64,000 bases of DNA from Octopus sinensis (taxonomy: Eukaryota): NCBI RefSeq assembly GCF_006345805.1, contig NC_043003.1, positions 42,346,001 through 42,410,000 on the forward strand, in the 5' to 3' direction. Below, piece by piece: positions 52,406 to 64,000 of this stretch. How positions within the stretch are numbered: the first letter of the stretch is position 1; each line of letters starts with the position of its first letter. The position numbers were made by a program, and so were the translations under genes. The notes under the pieces are model-generated. The model saw only the letters and a program-made list of their open reading frames with translations, was not told the origin of the DNA and did no database searches.

Positions 52406-52743
52406 TATTATTGAAGCCGAAATGATGCAGGCAAAAGTGAACCTCGGTGGCTTTTGAAGACAGAGCGGAGAGCGTGGGACCCTGTCAATTTCCTGCCGCT
52501 TCTCATAGAAAAACTTATGTTACTGAAGCTGTCCTATAGTGTACAGATCTGCAATGGAACAGGGAACAGAAAGAAGATTCGATAAATTTAGGTGCTCATG
52601 TTCGCTAGTAACGATCTGGCCTCTCTCTTACCTCGTAAGCTGGTTGAGTGGCGGATAGAGGCTCGAATGACTATCATTAATATCTTGAAGATTTAATCAA
52701 CTATATTTTGTAATGATGTGAGAAGTCAGCGATATACGTTTAG

Positions 52744-52903
52744 CATTAGCGTAACTAGGAGGGGAAGATGATGGCCATCCGCCTTGGATGACGCTTTTAT
52801 GGGGGCTGCAGTTTTGGGGTTTGCTATATGTCTGTGTAGGGGATGGGCAGGGGAAACAAATTAAAGATCTGTCCTGGGTGGCACAGTCTCTGCGTCACTG
52901 GTG
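52744..52903. mobile_element. GC-rich MITE-like element related to the insert at 40541-40689
   Basis: Left end cattagcgtaactaggagggg; right end gtcctgggtggcacagtctctgcgtcactggtg resembles gccccgtgtgacacacattatagttacgctagtg. Confidence 0.45.
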
Positions 52904-53941
52904 TGTTGAAAGACTTGACTGAGATGTAACTGGCCGTAAAACTATACGACAATTTATGTTGTAAAATGGGTGTGAACCTATTAGCATTCTTGAATTTACG
53001 TGTAACAAATTCGCAGATTTGTATATTAACATATATACATTTGTATAATAGTAAATGCATTGTAAATTGAACCCCCGTCGGTTTCGAAACTGAGGATTCC
53101 AGTTCCGCGAACAACTTTAAACTGTTTTCTCGTTGAATTATATCAAAGTAGCTAAACAATTCACAGTAGACTTACGTACCATATTCGATGGCATTTAGGG
53201 TTCAGGCCCGGCTCGACGTTGAGCCTCTCAAGCTAATTTCATCCTCTGACGCTCACTATTATAATATAGTTTTAATTCAAAATTATCTCTTTTTCCTAGC
53301 CTGACTCATGTCACCATAATCTTTTCTACCATAGCTAAGGTACTTTTGTATTGTTTTGTGATGTAATCCTACCTTGCCTTAAATATTACGTAACGTATGA
53401 AGATGCGCTGCTAAGATTGTAGTGCGGCGAATATGCTCTCAGACAACGGTAATTCCTAAAGTCAACGTGACACAGCGTGTGACAAGATTCCTTCACTTGA
53501 AAAAAAAAAAGGAAAGAAAAAAAAATGTAAGTTTCTAAACTACGATGTTTCATACAGTAAATGTTTTCTCCTTTCTAAATGAATGCAGCGACAGAAACAA
53601 ACAGCAACACATCCGTTGTCGCGATAGAGTTTACATGAATCATCGATTTTAAGAAAGGAAGGAATGACAAAAAAAAAAGTGTTTACTTGTCCGTTGAGGA
53701 CAGCAGTTAATTTGGCAGGCACTCTTTCTGCTCAAATAAAAGTATGTTAACTCTTCACTACATGCTGTGCCATCCAGGACTCCTTACGATTTTGTTTATC
53801 TCATTAAATGTGAAGCTATTCTTTCATTTCAACAGGTGAGGTTTCAAAAATATTTTAAATACAAACTTAAAATTTCGTTTTTGTTCTTTTAGTTTTACTG
53901 TAATCATTGTTTCATTTTTTTCACCTTCGTCTGAAAAATAT

Positions 53942-54310
53942 TCTTTTCGTTTCATTCAGACTACGGCCATGCTGGGGCACTGCTTTGAAGAATTTTTATC
54001 GAACGAGCCAACCCCAATAATAAGCTTTATTTTTTTTAAAGCCTGCTACTCATTCTATCAGTTCTTTTGCTGAACCGCTAGGTCACGGGTACATAAGCGC
54101 ACCGACACTGGTTGTCGAGCGGTGGTCACTCACACACACACACACACTCACAAAAGGGCTTCTTTCAGTTTCCGCCTACCAAATCCTCTCACAAGGTTTT
54201 GGTCGATCCAAGGCTATAGTAGAAGACATTTGCCCAAGGTGTCACGCTATGGAACTGAACCCGGAACTATGTGGATGGCGGCTAAACTTCTTACTGCACA
54301 ACTACGCCTC
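53942..54310 (-). mobile_element. SINE family A
   Basis: Reverse complement of A, from tail to head. Confidence 0.85.
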
Positions 54311-54328
54311 AACTGTTGACATTTAAAT

Positions 54329-54708
54329 ATATTCTTTTACATGGTTCAGTCATTTGACTGCGGCCATGCTGGAGCAACGCCTTTAGTCGAGCAAATCGAC
54401 CCCAGAGCTTATTCCTTTGTGAGCCTAATACTTATTCTATCAGTCGCTTTTACCGAACTGCTGAGTTACGGGGACGTAAACACACCAGCATCGGTTGTCA
54501 AGCGATGTTGGGGGGACAAATAAACACATACACACACATACATATATACGACCGGCTTCTTTCAGTTTCAGTCTACCAAATCCACTCACAAGGCTTTGGT
54601 CGGCCCGAAGCTATGGTAGAAGACACTTGCCCAAGGTGCCGCGCAGTGGGACTGAAACCGGGACCATGTGGTTGGTAAGCAAGCTACTTACCACGCAGCC
54701 GAACCCGC
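54329..54708 (-). mobile_element. SINE family A, near full length
   Basis: Reverse complement of A, including accatgtggttggtaagcaagctacttaccacgcagcc. Confidence 0.9.
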
Positions 54709-56214
54709 TTTGTAAAACGTTTGGTGACTCCTGTTGTAATCAATTATTACAACAGAAAAACCGATCGATACCCATGACAGACGGTACCCTATCGTTGTGT
54801 TCTAGAAAAGTGGCAAATGGGTGGAATTAACGCGGTCAAAACAGAACTCAAAATATGAGCAATATATTTTTTATTCATTTCACTAAATAAAAAAAAAAAG
54901 TGTTTCAAATTTTAGAGAGAAGCAATGTGATTTTATGATGACTTTTCTTGGCTCGTTACTGGATGCAAATTAAGTGAATTGGCTGGGATACAACTATGGT
55001 TTGAAACCACGGCAGTAACTTATCGATTCACCTTCAGCACCCGTTTATAACTATGTGACAAGATAACGATGTAGGGAACCTATATGTGGTCATTTCACTT
55101 GTTAGAAATAGCAGCCAAATTTACCTTCAAAACGCACCCTACTGCCTTAGAAAGTAACAGTGGATAATGTAGTGAAATGTCCCCCACAGGTAGTAAAAGA
55201 CAACTAGAATGCTTTCGATAGCATGGTTATTCCTGGGACTAACCAACAATTATCTTTTGAGACCTGGTATCCCACTTTATATTTCAGCGGGTAGGGGTCG
55301 TAATTAGATAAATTACAGAAATAATTCAAAAATTTCACGTACAGAGTTTGGATTGAACCAAAGCTATCCCCGCCTCTATTTTTTTTTTAAATGACCCATT
55401 CACTGTTCACTTTCTGTGCATTAATCTATATACTATTCATGTTCGTTTGGCTATCTTTTTACTGTATGCAATAAGTTCTTTATTATCATTACTTTTAAAA
55501 GACACACAAAACACCACATAGTAGAATCGAACTCAAGACCATATGATTACGACGTAAACTTCTTTAAAACCCGGTCATGTCTGTGCCATGTATTCAACTT
55601 ATACACAAATTCTCATACATAAAATGACGCGCGCCTGCACAAACACAAGCGCGCGCACATATAACTCTACGATGCACATGTATATATTTTGTATGTGTGT
55701 GCGCGCGACCACGTGTGAGTAAACCCTACACACAAACATATAAGGGAAATGTCACTGCCGTTTGTTATATAACAGTAAAACCTGACGCTATTACATTAAG
55801 GAAAACTGAAGTTTATGACATTTATATTTCCTCTAAATAACATTAGTCGCATAAACAAATAGCCACGATCAGAATTTGAAACCATGTCACTCAGTTCACT
55901 TATCGTATTCTCATAGTCAATGGAGAATGACAAAACATTAAAAAAAAATGACGTAAGACATACAAAGGGAAGAATTATGCTGATGTCATATTTATATCTT
56001 TTTCGGATAATATATTAAATGACATATGTGGCGTGTCGAAAGGGTAGCATCTGTGAATCAAAACTTCGTAAACATTTTAAGATTTATTACTCTTCCCTTA
56101 GAAATTTTAAGAAGGATGTCTTTTGGCAAAATGATGAACACAAAGGCCATGACTATCAAAATAATAATAGAGCAAGCCACTTACATCGGAATTAATGACT
56201 TAACTGGTGCATGA

Positions 56215-56603
56215 TTTATCGAAAATGACAGAATGAATGATAAAGTCGACCTCGGCGGAATTTGAACTGAGAACGTAACAACAGATGAAATGCTGCAAAG
56301 CACTTTGTTCGGCGAACTAACGATTCTGCCGGCTCGCCGGCTTCAAAAAATACCACCACCACTACTACTACTACTACTAATAATAATAATAATAATGATA
56401 ATAATACTTTCTACTACAGACACAAGATCTGACATTGTGGGGAAGGGGGCTAGTCGATTAAATCGACCATAGTATTCAACTGGTACTTAATTTATTGACC
56501 CCGAAAGGATGAAAGGTAAAGTCGACCTCAGCGAAATTTGAACTCAGGAAATACCGGTAAGCTTTTCGTCCAGCATGCTAACGTTTCTGCCAGCTCGCCG
56601 CCT

Positions 56604-56605
<2 letters not shown>
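56215..56605 (-). mobile_element. Two SINE B copies (56215-56343 and 56405-56605)
   Basis: Both carry gtcgacctc.gcg.aatttgaact and ctgcc.gctcgccg. Confidence 0.8.
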
Positions 56606-56638
<33 letters not shown>

Positions 56639-57824
56639 TAAAACGTTGTGACGTGCTTGCCGTTTTGTAGTAAATGAAATTAACTGAAAGCTATAAGGAA
56701 TCGAAGCCTGGTCGCAGAATCGATTCATCAGGTGATTGTTTCCTGCTATCAAGCGGTTTCCATACGTCACTATTCCGGTACTGAATACGTTCAATCTGAA
56801 AGCCACTTTAGCCTTAATTAAGGTGGGGATATATTAACTGACATATTATATTAATGACGTACACTCTATATTCTTTGACAAGTGGTTTTTAATTTTCTTC
56901 AGGACGGTTCTGTAAACGAAAAACGTCCTAATCATGACCTTCCTGTCTTTCTGTCTTTCAGATATAGCACTAAGTCTCTCTCTCTCTCCATATTTTTAAA
57001 CAGTAGGAAATGATTTGGATGAGATTTGATTGCTCTTTTCGGCATACCAAATGAACCCCTTAAAAGCCCTATCATTAGTTCAATCTCCTTTTGTTAAGTA
57101 GTACGTATATCTTACTAGAATGAGAGGTAATATTCACAACGGTCAAGATTTGAAATCAGAATGTAGAACGAAACTTGAAACTGTGACCCACACACACCAA
57201 ACCATGGTCATAGTTGAAAGCAGTTTCTGTCTGGATCAATCGTGATTGAACTGACTCAGCAGAGACCATCCCGTCATTTTCTTTCCATAGCTTATCATCG
57301 ATTGCGTAATCTTCCATGTCCTGTGTGTGTGTGTGTAAGACGGTAAGATCTTAGTCAATAGATTTGGCTGCTATTTCTAGCAAGATAAGTGGTCATATTG
57401 TGGATCCTTTAATACAGTCAGTTGCTTCTGTTATATTCTGAAGACACACGCAATCACATTATATACACAAGCATACACACTCGAGCAAAGGGGAAAGCCT
57501 CTTATTTAGTTGCTAGACCAGCTAAAAACGACCTCCAAATATCCCTTAATTCCCACTGGGTTAGCTCAGTTCGCAGAGCACAAGACCCATACAAAAATCA
57601 TGAGTTGTGGCGTTTGCTTCCTTTTCTTTATTATTATTATTCTTGGGGATATTAGTAACAAAAAAGCAAAATTGAAGGACATTAATCAAGAAGCGAAATG
57701 GTGTTGGATGATTTGGTTTTGTACGTAGAATAAAATACGGACTATTCTTATAAAGAAAGCATTAATAATACTTTCTAACCTTGTTAAGTGGAATTAGATG
57801 TGGGAAGAGGAGGGCTTTAATCAA

Positions 57825-57960
57825 CCGGTGAGTTAGCAAAGTCGTTAGAGCGCTGGCTAGCATGCCTCATGGTCTTTGTTCTGGTATTCTGCACTCGGAG
57901 TTCAAATCCTGCTGTGATCAACTTTCCCTTCCGTCTTTTAGGCCTGATAAAATAAGTAGA
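57825..57960 (+). mobile_element. Degenerate SINE B
   Basis: ggagttcaaatcctgctgtgatcaactttcccttccgtc ... gataaaataagta. Confidence 0.55.
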
Positions 57961-60900
57961 AGTCGCATTCCCAAACTGCGCATTGGCAAGAAGTATTAGA
58001 GCACCAGGTGGCATACCTTACAGAATGTGTTCAATAGCAATACCTACTACGATACCGGTGTCAAGCTGTAGCAACTCGAAGACCTTAATGTAGCAGTCTT
58101 TCCGTTGACAGTATTGGTGACATGGGAAAGAGAGGATTTCATGCATGGGCATCCGCTAGTCTTTCACGCGAAAAGAAAACGGGTCTTTCCCAGGTCTACG
58201 CATACAGATGCAAATACATGGTTCAAATCTGACCAACAGAGGTCAAGAACAGAATGCATTGTATATTTGTTCATGCTCTCAATGTTCTGAGTTCAAATCC
58301 TGTCCGGATGCACTTTACTGTTCATTCTTCCGTGAGCGACAACAGAACTAACAAAATGGAGTGGTCAATTCTCTCGCTTGGAATCGTTTGCATTTGGCTG
58401 TTAAAAGGGTCGTCAGAGATCAATCACAGGGAGAAGGTTGAAAGAGGTGTTAGGGTGTCTTGTCGTAAAAACTGATATAGTATTCGAAATGTCCAAGAGC
58501 GGACTGGTATATAACTATAACACAGAACTAAAATAAAGCTGACGAAGAATTACTTGTAATATCGATTTTTTTATATAGGCACCAGGCCTCAAATTTGGAG
58601 CAAGAAGACGATTATATTCTACGGAAAAAAAAAATTTGATTGGTACTCTCCTTCACCGAATTGCCAGTTAATTCACGCAGATATTGCGACTAGTTCGAGC
58701 AGTGATTTCTAACATTTTCAATATCAAGGACTCCTTTCATTTAAATCATTTTTTTCTCAGACTTCACACTTATGAAAGTAATAGCTATTTAATACAATTT
58801 GAACTCAGCTCACAGGCCTCTGGGACTACCATCGTGGATTCTCATGGGTGCTCTGGCCCCAGTTTGAAAAGTGTTAACCGAAAAACTTTCTCGTTATCTC
58901 ATAAATTTGTATTTTGACAAGGCCCATAAAAAGCAAAAGCATTAAAACATTAACCAAAATTTTCTTTGCTATTTTGTCACATCTTCATACGTAGAAGCAT
59001 TTAAATCCTCTTCCTTGTCAATTTAGCTTTTCATCCTTAATGAGGGTCGATAAATTAATTAGCAGTTAATCGACTGCCTTTTCCACCCGAAATTTGTAAC
59101 CTGATGCCAAAGTAAGAAATCAATATTAACCAATTCACACCCGTTCTATTGGAATTGACTTGCTGACATTTAGACCCTATTATTTGAATCACATAAAACC
59201 GTTCCCAGTGATAATTCGATTCATTAATTTTAGTTAATTAATTAATTCATTATTTAATTAATTAAAAGGAGTGTTGAAAATCTTCGAGAAAAAGTTTTTG
59301 AAAAGAATTTCACAAAAAAATTGTTAGTTCTTTTATTCATTTATTTATTTATTTGTTGGTGGAGGTGGATGAGTGAAAGGTATTTAAAGTGGAAAAATAA
59401 CTTTTTATCATGAAAGGAGAAACAAAAAAAGAATATCGCAAAATGTTCAGAAAATTATGAAGATTTTTTTAGGCATTAATATTATGTGTTAATACATAAA
59501 GGAGAAGAATTACGATAATAAAAAAAGCATAAGGAAAAACGTTTTATTATTCTTCATTTGCAAAAAGTGTAGTTCATTGCATGCCGCGTTTTGAGGAGTA
59601 AATCTTTTGGTAGAAATAGAGCTTACGGTAAGCGTCTTGTGAATGATTGTATTTTATGGTTATTGTAAAGAATATAATCTATCGTTAAGAGCCTATCTTA
59701 TTTCAAGGATTACTGAATAGAGTACATCTTATCTCAAGCATTATGGAAAGAGTACTTCTCAATGATATAGGTTACCGTTAGCATACTTGATTGTAAAGAG
59801 TTTAACTCTTCGTTTGTGGTCTTCTCGTTTGTCCAGTAACAAAATATAGGAAAAAAGAAAAGAGATCCCTGTCACTATTTGAACGTGAAAAATCTCCAAT
59901 ATGTTTTAGGTAAGTAAGTACCACAGTAATATATGTGTTTTACGGATAACTGAATCCAATTATGGTCTTTGGAATAAGGAGTATTTTGCTTTTAAATGAA
60001 ATTATAAAGTAAGTCGAGAGCTCGAGTAATTTTTTTCTTTTCAAATGGTCAGTTATAAAAAAAGGAAATTAAGTTGACATTATTAAGAATTGAACGTGAG
60101 AGCATTATTATAGTATACACGTTTTAGCTGTCACATTAGCATTTTAATCATTTCTCATGAAGGATCTAACCATTTACTTTAAAGCAGTGAAGAAGAAACG
60201 CAGAGTGTGACATTCATATTTCTCTTGAGGGCAGTAGCAGCAGCTTAAGTGATGTGAAGTGGTTTTCAAAGTGGAACGAAACAGTGTGAGCCAATTTTGC
60301 TTGCCGAGAACTTTAACCTCTTAGCAGGAAATAAAATTAGTTTTAAACTGGTTGCTGACCCTCGGCAAGACACCAGGGCGGCCCACGTTAAATAACCATC
60401 ATTATCTTATCAAGTTTTACACCATCTATTGTGAACAAATTAGAACCATTGATTATGAATTTCCAAACTAAGTCCTCTCTGCGTGGTCGATCGATCTGCC
60501 GCCAAATCTCCTTTAAGTTACGTACCTAAAATCTCGTTCAGTGAAGGATGCACTGGATAATATAGTACTAGATATTAATAAAAAAAAAAGAGGGGGAGAC
60601 AAGGACGAAGGTAGGCATAGTAGGAAGATACCTTTTGTCATAGGCCCAGAGATGAGACGTGGGGGAGGTACAGACCAGCACTACCATGAACAAGATTCCA
60701 ATAACCGGTTAGTTGCATTTCAAATGCAGAGTGCACCAGCGAATCACCTTCGTAACCGGTGTGGAATACCACGTGGTGTTCTTGTTCGAAAGCATCGCTT
60801 TATTGACTGAGTCAACGATGCACACACACACACACACACACACCTATGTATATACATACATAACCTTTATAAGTAACACACACATGTATATTAAATATAT

Positions 60901-61096
60901 ATCAACTTCTGCATTCCATATGAATTTTTATATGAACATATTCTTTCTGATGCACATTACATATATATATTCAATGAATTTGAGAATGTGTATAGATTTT
61001 CATATACAGTAAATACATAGCATTTCCATATACATAATAAACATATATGTGTGCGTTTACGTATATATGTTCATGCATAATATATATTATTCATTA

Positions 61097-61131
<35 letters not shown>

Positions 61132-62229
61132 TACACACACACACACAGAAACAATTGCCGGCTTTATAACACTGTTCTATAATAAAGATGTAATTTTCTC
61201 TATACTTATTTTTTGTTATATATGCACAAGCAGTTTATATATTTGTAATCACACATACATAGAACTTATATACAACACATCAAATCGCGGCATGCGTGAC
61301 GCATTGTCACACAGTCCCTCTGTGTCAAAGGTATTGCACAACCTGTGGTTTCGGAAGCTGACGCTTAACGATAGTACAGCATTTTGCCTCTACATATTAC
61401 CTATATATATTTAGTTTTACTGCTGCTATATACCCAGACTCTCTACAACAAGTTTGTATAAAGTTCCGCCTTTCTTTATCAAACTCCTCATCACACGACA
61501 ATCACTTGTTGCACTGCTGTTCTGTATTTTTATTCTTTCAACTTTTACTGCTATTTACTAACTAATCCACTCAAATAGATAACTGTATAACCGCTTGTAT
61601 TTTGTGAAGGCTCTGTGATGAACCCTAAACCTACTTCTTCCTCCATCTGAATTCAAACCTCATCGAAGCTTCTCCACTCTCGTTATTGTTCTTGCTGTTT
61701 AGCAGCAAGTTGGTTATGATTTAACATAGATATGGTTAAAGACACTCTAGCGATAACTACCCCATCCCTTAGTCGGAAATATCATATCTAGAATTACATC
61801 ATAAGTGTCCTACCTCTTTTACCGAAAGTAGAGTATAATTAGTGAGAGATTTGGCTGCTATTTCTAGCATAGCTATGCCTGCCTCTACACATTACCTGTT
61901 TATAGAGATTCCATTATTAGTATTTCCATCTTCTGGGCATGCTTTCCCTCAGACAATAACGTTTAAAAGTATCCACGAGAAAGGCCTACTGCGGCATGCT
62001 CCTTACGACTAGATTAGCAATACCATTCAATAACAGCAAACCATCTATACAACGGCAGAATAAACCTGACGTGCAACATGTTGAGTACCTTACATTTAGA
62101 AGGGAAAGGGAAGAAAACTAAGGTTTGACGTTTAAAAGGTTTCGCAACGTATAAGTAAAGTGAAATCTCTTAAATCTGAAATGGTAAACGAGTTACACTT
62201 AAGATCTGGTCACAAATTTATTGTCACAA

Positions 62230-62450
62230 CCAAGCCTTAGTTATAAGCAAAATATAATCAAAACCAAAATGCAGTCATTAGCGAAGTAGCCATCATAACC
62301 TGAAGATAGTCGTAACTTAGTTATAATCGAAATACAGTCATAGCTAAAACACAAAGCATAGTTATAACTAAAAACAGTCATAGCAAAAGACCATCATAAC
62401 CAAAATAAAGTCATCGTAACCTAAGTGTAGTCGTAGCTAAAAAACATTAT
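62230..62450. repeat. Degenerate ~15-20 bp minisatellite (aaayagtcatarc-like units)
   Basis: Recurring agtcatagc, agttataac, catcataacc and gtcgtagc units. Confidence 0.6.
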
Positions 62451-62744
62451 CGTTATTAGAATCCCCGACAAAATGAAAACATGGTCGAAATTAAAACACA
62501 ACTAATTCCGTCCCAAGCAGAACCATACTGCAACGAAATTCCGGTCATAAGTAATATCATCTTACGAGAAGGCTCTGTAACAAATTAAACCTTATGACAA
62601 TATAATTCAATTACAACTAAAGCCGATGAAAAGCAAAGAAAAGAAAATAATAATAATAATAATAATACTAGTAATAATAAAATCTGTCATTGTCGAAACC
62701 GTACCGTAACCGAATTCTTATAAGATTTCCGTGATTTGCAATGT

Positions 62745-62945
62745 TAGCTATGAAAGCATCGGTGAGGAACACTTTGCAGAATTTCTTTCGACTCTTTTTG
62801 TTTTGAGTTCGAATCCTGCCGAGATCAACTTTGTCTTTTTTTCGACCTGGGTCGATAAAATAGAGAACCAGCTAATTTCTGGGATTGGTGGTATTTTCTA
62901 AATTCTCCTTTCAAAAATTGCTGTTCTTGTACCTAAGTCAGAAAC
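62745..62945 (+). mobile_element. Degenerate SINE B
   Basis: tgagttcgaatcctgccgagatcaactttgtc ... gggtcgataaaata ... aaaattgctgttcttgtacc. Confidence 0.6.
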
Positions 62946-63580
62946 GCTCGTTGAAAACGTTAGTTTACAGTCTTCCAACACTCCAAGTGTTTATTTGTAT
63001 TTTCAGAATAACAGAAACAACGAGACCAAACTGAACTAAAATACTTCACTCCTACTTAAGCTACGCACCTCTTTCAGGTCTCTGGTTCAACTCACACATA
63101 GGGAATCGAGAAGCTATCTTACAATTATAGTTCTTCCTAAAGATTATCACTGTTTTACGACTCTCTCTCACACACACACACACGTACATACACACTCACA
63201 CACTCATGTACGCAACAGACACTACTTACAAATACATATTCACACAAATACATACACACGCACACATACATATAGTCACATATACATAGCACTTAGATAA
63301 ACAGACAGTTATTGATTTCTAATGGAAACACAAAGCAACAAATTTATACGATAATGCTATAGTTCATTGGTGTTTATTTTATAGATCTCAGAGGTGTGAA
63401 AATCAATGAAAGACGATTCTGATGGCCAGTTTTGAGCTTTGTGGACGTAATTGGATGTAACAAAATACAGAAAGTCATTTAGTTCGGCGCTCTCCCATTT
63501 CTAACACTTCGCCATTTTAATGCTCTCGGAAACATAAAATGTAATAAAACAAAATGTCTCTCTTTCTCTCTCCTTCTCCC

Positions 63581-63613
<33 letters not shown>

Positions 63614-63637
63614 AATATGATGAAATTTCTGCACCTA

Positions 63638-64000
<363 letters not shown>

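Noticed and set aside
62230-62450. Short repeated units as a CRISPR-like array
   Set aside because: Eukaryotic context, degenerate units, no constant repeat with unique spacers, and no cas genes.

Overview
AT-rich, microsatellite-dense eukaryotic DNA. Its SINE content and simple-repeat load look like an octopus (coleoid cephalopod) genome; this is an inference. The only host coding sequence I can support is at the right edge: the 3' part of a minus-strand exon of a heparan sulfate 3-O-sulfotransferase (HS3ST2/3/4/6, Hs3st-B type). It ends at a GTAGGT donor at 63638, so the other ~63.6 kb is most likely one large intron, with a 100-N gap at 36679-36778. The intron holds at least five tRNA-type SINE families (my labels A-E), four R4/Dong-type restriction-like-endonuclease retrotransposon fragments in the first 4.4 kb, an RTE-like LINE fragment, hAT, mariner and Helitron-like non-autonomous elements, a ~675-bp tandem duplication and many simple repeats. 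Almost all ORFs in the supplied track are microsatellite artefacts. The most striking item is a ~470-bp TSD-flanked fold-back element (51538-52007) with a minimal hammerhead-ribozyme motif in each arm, resembling a Penelope pseudo-LTR. Also notable are a SINE flanked by a 139-bp direct duplication and Dong-like copies nested in (TAA)n.
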